Below, in pieces: positions 24,221 to 37,153 of a stretch of 64,000 nucleotides of DNA (the stretch's first letter is position 1; every line of letters starts with the position of its first letter). The notes beneath the pieces are model-generated. The model was not told the origin of the DNA, did no database searches, and saw only the letters and a program-made list of their open reading frames with translations. Both the position numbers and the translations under genes were made by a program. The stretch spans positions 1,240,001-1,304,000 of the forward strand of contig OX337231.1 of the NCBI GenBank assembly GCA_946965045.2. The letters run 5' to 3'. The stretch is from Epithemia pelagica. Taxonomy: Eukaryota > Protista > Bacillariophyta.

Positions 24221-26550
24221 TCATTGCTTGCCTTGGCTCTTGCGGAAGAAACAAGACCACACCAACCAAACGATAAAGGCCAGAGCCACAAAGACGCCAC
24301 CTCCCACAGAGGAGTACATCCAAATAGGTTCAACAACTTTGGAAGCGGATGCGCCCGACCCGAGATGGAGTCCAACATCAAACCCAGTGCTGGACCCGTC
24401 TTCTTCATCCACAGCGCCAGACATGCGACGAATGGCTCCACCCAATCGAGATCGCAAGTAGCGAGTTCCGCCGGAGGGCGTATGAAACTTGAGAAAGCAT
24501 ACACCAAGGGCAACCACATCGGCCGGGTCATCTTCGTTGAAAAAACCAGCCGCAAGGCGAACATAAATCACAGCAGTATCGCCGACTTGTTCCATCCTTG
24601 TATAGGGCTTGATGGCAGTTGTATTGCGGACAGCCGTCTGGGTCAACGAACCTTGACTCAACTTCAAACGTTGGATCCCAGCCACATTCACCGTCTCACT
24701 CTCTGACCGGACGCAGATGCGCGCTTCTTCATGGGGCAACACCGGCTCGGAATTGCATGTCAAACTTGCATCGCACTGACAGGCACGCACGTCGTAGTCC
24801 AATGACACCTTGAGTTCAAAATCAACATTCGCACTCGATTCCACATCAATATTGGTCAAGTTGAATCGTTCCAATGTGTTCATCTCCACATACAACCGAT
24901 TCAGTTCCGAAACAACCGGCACCAACTCGTCGTTCAGCATATCCACACGCAAACAAAGCGACATCATGGCAGAGTTGTGCTTGATCTGCTTGTACACCGG
25001 GCTTTCTGAGATCGAAGTATGATTAATGTCGAGCCTGGCGTGCAAACGTTCTCGATCAAGAGGACGGGCCTCGGTTCGGGGAAAGGATCTGATGAAACCA
25101 ACATCCACCGGTGTCAGACAGTCCATCTCCATTACGGTAAACGAAAGGTGCTTGCCAGCATCGTATTCATACACAGCAATGATTTCTTGTTCCGATGCAT
25201 TGTCCGTAAAGCTTGCCGAAATATCAACGACTTCAATGTCCAAATCAAAGTCACCAATCTCGATCGACTCTTCAGTGGGTGCCGGAGTGGGTGGCTGCAC
25301 ATTTGGAACAGCGACACTGTCCACGGCTTGAACGACTTCTTGATTTGATGCATCCGTCGTCGCAAACACCAAACGATTCCCAGACAAGGCGAGACCAGTG
25401 CGTTCGGGATTGTTGCTGTCACTCATCCAGTTAATGGTGTATCCGTGTTGTTTCCAAACTCCCACTTCCAAATCCAACATGCGGATCCGGTTGGGTTGTT
25501 GATCCAGATCGACTGGCAAACGGACCGTCGTAGCAAACGCCACGCGAGTACCACCATGGCTGAGTTGTACAGGGCCATTCATCAATTCGACTTGACTCGT
25601 CAACTCCCCCGACTTGATCCAACGACGGGTAAAGGGGAAGAAGGAATACATCTTGATGGAACTTTCCGATCCAAATACTCCAATACCATGACACGTAACC
25701 GCCAATGCTTGACCATTGCCACTCAAGGACAAACGATGACCCAATCGTTCACGGACATGGTCTCCTTGAATCATGGAACCAACCAGGCGCCAACTCTGAT
25801 CCGAACCACGATAATCGTAGACACCCACACTGCCACGATCCGTCAGCATACTGTCCTGACCTTCAAACCCAGGAGACGAAATCGCAACACGATTCCCAGA
25901 CGACGCTAAAGAGATTTCAAACCCAAACAAATCGCCCAGCGCAAAGCCTTTCAAGGATCCTTTGGCCTCCCATACATGTCCGTTGCGGTGAAAGAATAGG
26001 ACTTGGCCTCGACGAGCGTCATAAAATTCGCAACTCATGGCCACCACATGACCATTGGCCGAAATCGAAACATCGCGGCCATGAGAGTCTCCGCCACATG
26101 ACAAATCATTGCCAATTTGTTCCCCCGAGTTCATCTTGTACACCTTGACCTTGGTACCTCGTTTCGACGTGTCTTTGCCACGCATGGCAATCGTCGACCC
26201 ATCGGATGACATGGCAAAGGATTCGCCAATCTTGAAATAGGAATATCCGGGAAAGATACGGTACGTTTTCCAGGCGGTTCCGTTAAACTGATAGGTGTAA
26301 ATAAGGCCGTTGACGTAGCCATAGGGATGTCCGACCGCCATCATGGAACCGTCGCTTGAGAGCGAAATGTCTTTGCCAAATCCAACTGGATCAGGAACAT
26401 TGACAAGAGGAGTCAGCAAGGCATCTCCTGCTGCTTCAAAGCCATGATACGGCTGGAAAGACCACAGAATTTATGGTGAGTCATGAGATTGAGAAGAAGC
26501 AGAGAGACAAGATACCATCGGAATGTTTTACTTACATTCGTCGCGGCCAT
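24221..26550 (-). CDS. FG-GAP/kelch-like propeller TM protein, copy 2
   Basis: Same structure as copy 1 with a handful of amino-acid changes (FAQG/FALG, RIA/RVA, SII/SMI, VAC/VTC, MFD/MLD, YEQIR/YKQIK). Confidence 0.8.
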
Positions 26551-27169
26551 GGTAGAGATTCTCTTTGTGATATTCGAAATGGAAGAAAAGTTGTAGCTCG
26601 ATTACTTTTGTTTTTCGGATTGTTTGCTTGCAACTTTACTTATTGCAATTTTTATGAGCACAAGGAAAGAGAGAGCATGAATGGGACCAATTTATGATCC
26701 ACCTCCGCAAACCTACTGTTTTCCGTTTCCCGAAACGGTTCATCGCTTTCGAACCATGTACACCCAGGATGAGATACTTAAAAGATTTTCATGAGAAATG
26801 GAATCCAAAGAGGTGCGAGGATTCCCTGCCCAATCGTTTCCCGAACGTCTCTCCGCTTGCGACCAGGGCACTCGCTCCCTTTGATTGTTGCTTGGTCGTT
26901 GGTCTGTCGTCCTAACTCCTGTCGTTGGTGATGGATCACCCAAGAAGGTTCTAGCACCATGAACACTTCCAGCAAGTATGTTGTTATGTTGTTGGTCCGT
27001 GATGTTTGGAGAGCGCGCTCTTCTTGTGGATTCCTCTCTCAGGAAAATCTTTTCGCACAGTCGGCAGTTTGCGGGTTCCACAATAGCAGCGTCCCTTTGT
27101 CCATGGTCCAAGCACCATTCTTTGTCTCGTTTTCATTTCGTCTACCGTTCGTTCCGTCTCATTGTCACA

Positions 27170-29587
27170 ATGGTCGCCAAAGAGGTCGAGCAAGAAGGAC
27201 AAAGAGATTCAAGTCGAGAACAAGCTCGAGTTTATGCCGAGCACCAGGTAGCAAAACCCAAGATACGCCCTATCTGCTTCGTTTTGCGATGTCGAACAGT
27301 GACTTTTTATTATGGAGTTGCCTTCAATTTTTCCCACTAGGGAGTGGTAGTCCTTACCACATCCCCATCTAAAGCGACNNNNNNNNNNNNNNNNNNNNNN
27401 NNNNNNNNNNNNNNNNNNNNNNNNNNNNNNNNNNNNNNNNNNNNNNNNNNNNNNNNNNNNNNNNNNNNNNNNNNNNNNNNNNNNNNNNNNNNNNNNNNNN
27501 NNNNNNNNNNNNNNNNNNNNNNNNNNNNNNNNNNNNNNNNNNNNNNNNNNNNNNNNNNNNNNNNNNNNNNNNNNNNNNCGACATCTTCTTCCACTTCCTC
27601 TACGACGACGACATCTCCCTTGATGATGATGATGATGAATCCGAATACAAGCAATTCGACGAGCAACCACCATCATACTGCCGCCACCAATAGTGCTAGC
27701 AGCAGCAACAATTTGCAGGAGGTGACTGCCCCGTTGGACGAGGACGAAGATGATCATCAATTCGCCTTTGCAGCCTTGACTGCCGCGCAAGCCTTGAGTG
27801 AACACGACGAGGTGGATGATCCTCATGCTGCAATAGGCGTCGACGAAGACGAGGCACATCATCAACAACAACCACAAGACCACACATTGATTCATCCTTC
27901 ACCAGACAATGATGAGAATGAACATGACGATGTGGTGGTAGACCTTGGTGAAACGGAATTGCCCTCGCTTCCCCATGATCCGGACGATCCAGTCACCATG
28001 GCCGACAGTTGCGATGACGATATGGATGTCGTAGAAGCCTTACAAAAACAAGTCGAAGACGATGAAAATGATGTTCATCCCAATCCACTGTCATTTGTGG
28101 AAGAACACGGTCCTCCCAGTCCACATCCAGGGGATGACAATCATCACCAGCATGTGAGAATAGGAGAACCAATGGAGGAGGACGAAACCGAACGTTTGCT
28201 CAATAGTCATTCTTCTCGTGATGACGATCACCTCGTTGTGGCGGCCAGTCATAGCCTGGATGAGTATGACGATCCACAGCTGGCCGAAGCCGCCGCAGCA
28301 GCAGCAGCGACATCGCCCGAAACCGTAACAGATACGACTCCCACATCTCATGGCAACAACCACCATCACGACATTGACGCAACAATGCCGGTGATCCATC
28401 CAGGTGATCCACGGTTAGTTGTAGTAGAAGCCCTTTCCAATGCACAACCGCCACAAGAACAACCCTTTCCATCCAGTAGTGTACCTACGGCTGGAGCAAC
28501 ACCAACTATCAACACCACGACCAGTGCTACCACACCCTCGCCTCCGTCATCCCAACCACAACCATCACTCCTACAACCACCCCAATCGCCACCCGCGGCC
28601 TTGTTGCCACCGACACCCCCCGAATTGACAAATCCCATTTGTTGTATTTGTGGACAGGGCAATGAAGAAGGTCGATCCATTTTACGATTTTTACCCGTGC
28701 CGCACGAAGCGCCGGCCGCTCGGGCGGCACCCGGCGTCGTAACCTTTACGGAAGATGTCTGTTTGCACATTTTTTGTGGCAAAACAGCCTCGATATTGCC
28801 CAGTGTCAATCGACCCGATTTGGAAATTTTGACCAAGGCGGGTCTCAAAAACAAGCATGGGATTGGACCCGAAGTCAATTCCGCCTTGGCCCGTACTCGA
28901 TGCGCCATTTTGCTTCCCGCACAAGGTGTCAGCCTGTCGTCCTTGTCCAACATTAACAACAATAAGGAGAAGCAGTATTATCTCGTACGCGAATTTGAAG
29001 CTCATTTGGCGTCTATACGACACAAACACATTCGATTTGCACCACCCCAGGAGCCCATGAGTAAGGAAACATTGGAACAAGTGGCAGCGGCGGCGTCATC
29101 CACATCTTCTGCTGCTGCAACTGGTTCTTCGCCTTCTCTTGCTGCACCACCGCCGACATTACCAACGGATCCCTTTGCTGGACAAGAGTTGGTTGGTTTG
29201 GGAGATGCCTACCATGTCGATGTAACCATGGATTATGCCGCCTTGACAGCCACACCGGGCGAACTGGCCGCAGCAGCAGCCACTGCGACCAGCATTACCA
29301 AGACGGCACCCGTCAAGGCCAGTCAAACCCACAAACACACCAAACGAAAATCTTCCATCTCCGAAACACAACGAAAGCAACAACAACAACAACAACAAGT
29401 TTCCATATTGGGCGATTCCATGCCACAGGGTGCCACACTCTTACCCGATGGGAAGGTTAAATGTCCCTGTGGGGGAACTCATTGGCCACCCTCACAACAA
29501 CGAGGGGCACAATCGTGGCGCAATCACTTGTCGACAAAACGGCATCAAAAGTGGATGGAAGAACAAGGGATTGTGGGAGCCGTATAA
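27170..29587 (+). CDS. Acidic, low-complexity protein with a Cys/His cluster and a C-terminal U1/matrin-like zinc finger; spans the assembly gap
   Basis: Exon 1 27170-27247 (MVAKEVEQ...AEHQ), GT-AG intron 27248-27340, exon 2 in frame with ORF 27344-29587; motifs CCICG...CLHIFC and CPCG...RNHLSTKRH. Frame across the Ns cannot be verified. Confidence 0.68.
27379..27578. other. Assembly gap (200 N)
   Basis: Run of N. Confidence 1.
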
Positions 29588-29908
29588 AAGCAAGCAATTT
29601 GTAATGGACTGGATAGGACGACCTCTATTCTAGCCGTCGTCTGCAGCTGTTGAGACAGTACTGTAATTATTATTTAAACACACACGGGGGGAGATATGTT
29701 AAAAGAAAACGTGATTGCGATTCTGGTTGTTTCCATACTTGCTGTAGGTGAATGATGGTAGGCGCCGTAATCTAGGCGGCCAGTCGCTTTGAGGGATTGC
29801 TGAGCTCTGCTACTATTGCAACAATAAGAAATAGAGTCCATTGCCCTCCAGTAGTGCACTGAATATTTACCGAAAGTATTCTCTTACATCTACAGAATAA
29901 CACATTTT

Positions 29909-32304
29909 CTATTTCTTTTGTTTGGCCTGTTTCTTTTGAAAGTTTTTCAATGTGGCGGCTGCTTTCTTGGCGTCCCCTTTACCAAGAGCAGCCGCAATCT
30001 TGTCCAACACAGCGACGGCAACTTTGGTCAAGGGAGGTTTCAAATCACTTGGATGCAGCGCACCCGATGCAAAGTCTGCCTTGACCTGGTCCACTGAAGA
30101 GTACACCAGCTCACCGCCATTTTCAGCGGAACGTGGAACAGTGAAGTTGTCATTGGAAGGCGGACCAAACACAAAAACTCGCGCAAATTCTATGGGAGGA
30201 CAAAAGTCAATGTTTTGGGGTTCACAAAAGGCTTTCTTCATCTTGGGAGCACCGGCGACCTATCATTGAAGAAACAAAAGTGCCCAAACAAATGATAAGC
30301 ACAGTTCGTCAAGCAATGCCTCTCTCAACAAGAAAACCATGAAACGAAGTCACGACTCACCTTTGGGTTATCGAGTAGAAAGTACTGATCATTATCTGTC
30401 TTGAGTGATTTCTGCAAGGTTACGGGAGCTCCGTTGACCAAAGCAATCGATGGAGCAGTGAGTCCAGGAAGTTTTTCAGCAAAAAACTTGGTCACCAAAC
30501 CTTGTTCGACAGTCGACGCTTCTCCTTGTGAAAGAGTGATTGACTTGGGCTCGACACCCGCTACATCGGCCACACGCATTAGCCGTCCAATGACACCACC
30601 CACACCGTCTGAATCAACAATTGAAGAACCCATAACCTCGTTCAACATGAAAAAGCGACCAACATTGATGACACTGATCCAATAGTCGGATGGATCGGCC
30701 AATATTGCCTCGCTTTGGAAAAGAATTTGAGTCTTTTCCATAAGAGAAGGATCCAGTGTTTGCAATGTTTCCACCAGAATTGTGTAAAAGGCCGAAATAA
30801 CCTTGGTGTCCGCCATGCAGGAGTTACAAACACGAGCGGTCCAGTCTGACAAGAGCAAAACGCGAGGTGCCGTTTCTCCTTCACAGCTCCGCAGTTGCGC
30901 CAAGATATCCACTGCTTGTTGCAAGGTCGGAGCTGCAATGGGCAATGGGGCAAAGACCAGATGTGATCCGCTCGGGACTTTTTTCAGCTCCACCAAGTTC
31001 AAACGACGAACGACTTTTTCAGTGATTATTGTTTTTGCTTCCTTTTTGTACTGTTGTACTTTAGCCAGGAGATCTTTGGCTCTCTCATCATTCGTGAAAT
31101 GTTTTCGGACGGGTTCCAAAAGTCGATTCAGTTCACTTATCAAGCCACGTTTCAGTTGCTCTTCGGAGATTTTGCCTCCCAGGAAAGCTTCCCGAACAGA
31201 GACAAAATCTGTAAAAGTCGTGTCTCCAGCCGTAAATGTTGCGTCGGGAGGACTGAATATAATGTTTTGTATGTAGTCCAAACACGGGTTCTTGAGCGTA
31301 TCACCGGAAAGGTTCATGGATTCTTTCCCAGCATCTTCGGTTCCTTCCTGATCCTTTTTTGAAGCCTCCGAGTCGGCTGCAATGCTGGGACAGTAGGCAT
31401 TCATGATTTTCCGTTCCACATCTGCCGCCGCATCCTCCATGAATACGGCCGAGTCCGGATCCGACTTGGACATTTTCTCTTGCCCTGCTTTCAATCCATA
31501 GAGCATGTGATGAGACAAGATGATTGGTTTGTGCTTAATGCCTGCTGCATCGCAGTATTCGCGAGCTAGCATGTTCACTTTACGTTGGTCGACACCCAAT
31601 TGACAAACATCGGCCTTAAGAAAAAAGACGTCCGTACATTGCATCAGTGGGTAGAGAATCTGAGCCGAAGTGAGAGATCCCTCCAGTCGTCCCATGATTT
31701 GGCAACACTTTTTGATACGCGTCACATTGAATCGACGAGCCACGTCCAGCATGGTAGGCCAATATTTGTCGGCCTGGTTGGTAATTTCCTCCGAGGCCCA
31801 CTTGAAAACGACATTGGACAAATCCATTCCGGCCGCCTTCCAAACCTCAATCAGATAGTAACCGACTGTTTTAATCTTTTCCAAATCTCCTCCCATTTTG
31901 TCATTCATGAGAGCAAACCAATCAGCCACCCAAAACACAAAGGTTGAATTGGTACCAGGAAAGGTACATTTGTTGACATTCATAGCCTTAAAAACACCCT
32001 GAGCAATATGCATGCGACCAGAGGGCTCAAATCCATCGTAGAGATTGAAGCCTGGAGTGTCGGAACCTCTCCCTTTGGCAGTTAGCATTGTTTTTAGTTC
32101 CGGTGCTGAAATACACTCTTCTCCCACTGACAAAATGCGATCGTAGTCAGCCTGCAACTCGTCGGTCCATGGTCGCGTCTCCTTTTTCGGTGGAGCAGCT
32201 GGTGCTGCCCCACCACCCTTTTTGGGTTTTGCATTTTTTGATCCACTCTCCCCCTTTGGGGTCTTCTCTTTGGCTGGTTGCTGTTGTTTTTGGACGGATG
32301 CCAC
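29909..32304 (-). CDS. TyrRS: Tyrosyl-tRNA synthetase, double-length (pseudo-dimeric) eukaryotic type
   Basis: YDGFEPSGRMHIAQG, YPLMQCTD, QLGVDQRKVN and KMSKS in the first half; degenerate second half; GT-AG intron 30360-30260 gives DNPK|VAGAPKMKKAFC. Confidence 0.93.
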
Positions 32305-32863
32305 AGTCTTTGAACCTAGTCATGATAAGATATGTGAGCTCTCGGAACCCCTAAAACTTAAGCAGTGCTACCCCTCGTCTCATCGTTTCCTTTTGACCCT
32401 CGCATGCCACTCACCTTTCCCCTCCTCTTGGGCAAGCCCTTGCTCCGATGGCAAGCCAATCACGCCGAACTTGCTGGTTCTCACGACGTGCAGACTTGAC
32501 TTGGCCATTTTGGTAGTGATAAGATGTCGATGTGTGGGTTTGGGGCGTCGCAAAAGGCACAGAAAGCTATCTCTGTTATTGAAGATGCAATAGACGAGCC
32601 GACGAAAGACGACGAGACATGCGACTGGAAAAAATGACGGCTGTGCACATGTTGTCAACGCGCACCTTGTCCATTGGTGTAGCGCTTGGCTGTTTGGTCG
32701 GATTTCTACCGGTCGCGCCTCCTTCAAGGGCGACCGAGTGTCTTCATGGACGCACTTCGGACATGCTCAGATCAAATTCTTTCGTGATTGCTGAAAAATC
32801 CGGAAAAGCATCCACCACACCATGAAAACCGCGTGAAAGCGCCATAGCCTCACAAAACAAAGT

Positions 32864-33821
32864 CTGGAACGCCAAGACAACGACGATCGTGATACAACCA
32901 GAGAAAACGGTAGGCTTTGAAACCACGTGTGGATACAACCACGGGGCCACAAAGTATTCTTGAAAAAGCAAGCCTCGATCAAGTCAAGTCAACGCACACG
33001 CGACACGGACCGTGATAAGGTACCACATTTCACCAAGATCCTCGGTCAAGATCCACCGACGGAAAACCCAAGAGTCCTTTGAGTTTTGGCGTACCCATTT
33101 GTCAAGCTGAGGAATTTCGGATCGGGAAACTAATCGCTTCCCTCCGAAACGCCACCGGTCCAGTCAACCTCACGCGGATACGTTTGGCTGAGAACGAAGC
33201 GACCTGTGTTGTTGGGCAGTCTGCAAACGGTCAAGTGAAGCCTAATCCAAAGGCGGGGGAACAAGGTCCATAGGTAAGAGGGAAAACTGACCTAGAAAAT
33301 CTCCACCCAATCACCCTCTGACCTTCTTCTTCCGTAGCCTAACAAAACGAAGGCTGGAACGCCAAGACAACGACGATCGTGATACAACCAGAGAAAACGG
33401 TAGGCTTTGAAGCCACGTGTGGATACAACCACCGGGCCACAGAGTATTCTTGAAAAGCAAGCCTCGATCAAGTCAAGTCAACGCGCACGCGACACGGACC
33501 GTGATAAGGTACCACATTTCACCAAGATCCTCGGTCAAGATCCACCGACGGAAAACCCAAGAGTCCTTTGAGTTTTGGCGTACCCATTTGTCAAGCTGGG
33601 GAATTTCGGATCGGGAAACTAATCGCTTCCCTCCGAAACGCCACCGGTCCAGTCAACCTCACGCGGATACGTTTGCCTAAGGACAAAGCGACCTGTGTTG
33701 TTGGGTAGTCTGCAAACCGTCAAGTGAAGCCAATCCAAAGGCGGGGGAACAAGGTCCATAGGTAAGAGGGAAAACTGACCTAGAAAATCTCCACCCAACC
33801 ACCCGGTGACCTTCTTCTTCG
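32864..33821. repeat. Near-tandem ~470-bp direct repeat (32864-33332 and 33354-33821)
   Basis: Visible alignment with offset ~490 and scattered substitutions and 1-bp indels. Confidence 0.93.
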
Positions 33822-33864
33822 ACTTCATTTTTTCATTTACAGAAGCTAAATTCATAGTAACATA

Positions 33865-36800
33865 ATGAGCTACCGATATAATGATCAAACTGGAAGAGGG
33901 GAGCCTGTTCGTCGTGGAGACGAAGATCGTGTTGGTCGGGAAAGACAACAAGCTCCCGGATACGGCGGTGGTCGCCAGTTTCGGCAGGAAGGCCGAGGGT
34001 ATAGAGGTGGTGGTGGATATCATAATGGCGGTAGCTATCGCATGGATAATCGATCTCATCCAGGTCGTGGTGGTCGCGAGTTCCAGCGCGGAGGCCGTGG
34101 ATACTACAATGGTGGTCGATTCGCACCTCAAGGTCGCGGTGACGGGCGCTCGAATTATGCGAGCCGTAGCTCTGGTGCCTCGTCTAGCTGGGGAGCCGCT
34201 TCAAGTGAACAACGAAAACAACAACGGCTTCACTACGAGCAGGGTGGACGAGGACCACCGCGGAACTCGCACATGGATACTACAGTCACGGTGCAAAATC
34301 GCCAAGCACAACAACAAGAAGCAAACACCAATACAGTGAACAGCGAGCCACAGCAACCCTCTCAACAACAAGAGAGCTACAAGATACCAGTCCCAGAAGA
34401 GGCATGGAAGTCATTGGACAGAAAACTGAAGATGAACCTGCTTCTGCCGCTGGAACGAGATTTGATTTATTCAGTGATTCTGAATGAGTTCCCCGAAGAT
34501 TTTCCATCTCGCTGTGAGCGAGCTGTGCAAAAACTGCTCTCCGATCTTCCTCGTCTTTGGAGAGAATTTTTTGAGTCGCATCATGTTCACCAGGAATGGG
34601 ACGACGACGAAGGATACGACTCTGATGAATTGGACATAGACGGGATGCCACCCCCAAACATGGATCCCAATCGAGGCCAAAATATGAACCAATCCCCTCC
34701 AACCAAGTTCATTGCTTTTATAAAAGCTCTCCCAGAATGTGTGGCATTGGATTTTGGTTTTCATGTCCTACCCATACAGAGCAAACATACCGCCACCTGT
34801 TACTGCCCCTGCAGGAAGAAGATGAGAGAGTCTTGGCAGGTGCAATGCAATCTGGTCGACGTGACACTGTGTGTCACCTCGAAAGGTGGTGACAAGGGAT
34901 TTATGGATCATGCCCTGGTACAACACTGCCGAGAGAAAGCGAAGCAATGTTTCTACCATAAACTGGTGCTGGAGTATATCCAGAACCTTTACAACAAATA
35001 TCACACTCGTTCAACGGATCACAAGGCTCTCTACTGCGTCAATGACTCTGATTATCAAAGAGCCGAGGCCGAGCAAACTCGGGCTGCGTGGAAGAAACTG
35101 AAAAAAGCGGAAAGAGAGCGAGATGAGGCGCGGCAAGAGAAAGAAGAAATGAAGAAGCAGCTGGAGGAGCTGCAAAAGGTACGTGTTGAACAGACAGTCC
35201 TTTGAGTGCTTTGAAACCTTGCTCATAGAAATTGTGTACAACAGGTGAATCCCAATAAGGCAGAAGTTGTTCAAGCCAAGCTGACGGCGATGCAACGATT
35301 TGAGGCGGAATTGAAACTTGAACCGAAACCACGAGAACGTATGCCTTCAAAATCAGAAATTTCTGGCTGTCAAGCCAGATTTGACAAAGTTTTTGATCAT
35401 TGTCGGCGTTGTAGCAAAAAGTGCAGGTGTAAACCCACCTGCAAATCTTGGAAGTGCAAAAAGAATCCTTCTCTTATGTTCCAAGAGGTATGTTCTTTGG
35501 CGAAAGATCAAGGATGTATTCGTCTTTGGGGGCACTCACTTTTTTTCAGTTACCTCAAAGGTTTTCTCTTCAAGAGGAATGGATCCGTTATACAACTGAG
35601 AAATCCCTCGACGAGAAACAACAATCCAAAATGCATGGAACCCCACTTGCTCCTTTGTTTTTTGACAAAACAGAATTGAATGAATTTCATTTCAAGCCAG
35701 CGGATAGGCCTAGTGATGAATCCGACCCAATTTGGTTGTTCAATTGGGATGTGCAGTTTCAGGATGTAGATGGAGTGAAAGGTGCGATTCTGTCCTGATT
35801 TGTTTGTGTTTGTGTTCTTGTTACGTTTAATCTTATCTTGTGTTTTTGTTCAGGCGAGACAAGTGACAAAGCCAAGGACAAAGGCGGACCAACTAGGGTT
35901 TTATTAGGCGAAGTTTGGCGTCAATTTGGGGATGTAAATCTTTTGGAGCAAACTTCAAAAGCCAAAACAGAGGAAACTTCAGGGTCCGAAGTAAAGAGAA
36001 AACCAGTATACATTTTTGAGCCGAAAGGTGGAAGTTTGTGGCCACAAATAGACGATAGGCTTCTCAGTGGCGTATCCCGACCAAACATTGAGATTCTTGG
36101 GAGAGCCATTGGACGAACAATCCTGCATACCATTTCTAACCGCCTGATTGATCCTGACAATGATGAAGATCCGGAAGTTTCCCGATTCACTATTGCAGGT
36201 CATTTGTTGCCCCCACCGTACCGAAGGTACCTTCTTCAAGGTATCAAGCCAACTGATGAACGCTATGAAATCAGAGATTTGTTTACAGATTTCCTCGATT
36301 ATACTATCACTGAGAACGTGGATGAGTGGAAATGTGAAGGTGATGATGATGACAAGTACAAAGCAATCATGGAGCGATTCGAATTTTTGTGTGACGGCTA
36401 TGACGTAAATGAAGGAACCATGGAGCAGAAGCTTCGTAAGGCTACTGAGGCCGCTTGGATTGACAGTCGATCCATTGTTTTGGACAGCATCAAGGAAGGA
36501 TTAGGTGTCGGAAATGGGAACCACCAAGCATTGGAGATTGCAGGGATGGCATTGATTGATATGAAAATGATGGATTTACTTTTCTTTTCGAAGCTCCATA
36601 TTACATCGGAAGATGTGATCAATGCACTCGAACCAGCCCTTGGGAACGAAGCAATGAGCAAAAACCAGAGGGCCATCATTTCAGTGAAGGATGGTAAGAT
36701 AGAAGGTCATCTAGTTGATCTCCTCCGCAAAAGAGAGGAAGACGACACCGACAACAGCAATTTTGCTGGAGATTTTGTTGAGTTTGCGACTGGCTCACGG

Positions 36801-37010
36801 CATCTCCCTCAAAATGGGGCCACAATCATTATTGAATTCTGTTTTGAAGAAGCAGGTTATAGTGGTGATCCTGAAAGCCTTCCGGTGGCCCATACCTGTC
36901 ACCAAACAGTGAAGCTGCCTTCACAGGCCTACGAAGGAAAGTTTTCAATTTTTGAGAAGAAGCTGGACCTTGCGCTCGCTGAGGGACTGAAGAATCTCAC
37001 TATGACGTGA
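33865..37010 (+). CDS. HECT-type E3 ubiquitin ligase with RG/RGG-rich N-terminus and Cys/His clusters
   Basis: Hand-spliced exons 33865-35178, 35245-35487, 35550-35781, 35854-37010 (GT-AG, frame kept); HECT hallmarks VQF...GE...D-GGPTR, FVEFATGS and LPVAHTC. Confidence 0.82.
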
Positions 37011-37153
37011 AGATCCACATTATTTTTATCCATCCCTACATCATCATTGTCCATGAATGGTACCAATGTTTTCATTTGCTGATCATTGGAGCCACAGTGT
37101 TTATTGAGTATTTGATAAAATAACTTCCCACTAAGTCATTCTTATTCAGTTGG

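Larger units (their letters stand above)
21334..27188 (+). repeat. Segmental duplication, copy 2 (contains the MITE; free of the retrotransposon at its right end)
   Basis: Starts ACCGATGCATTCC matching 11266 and continues past the point where copy 1 is interrupted. Confidence 0.97.
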
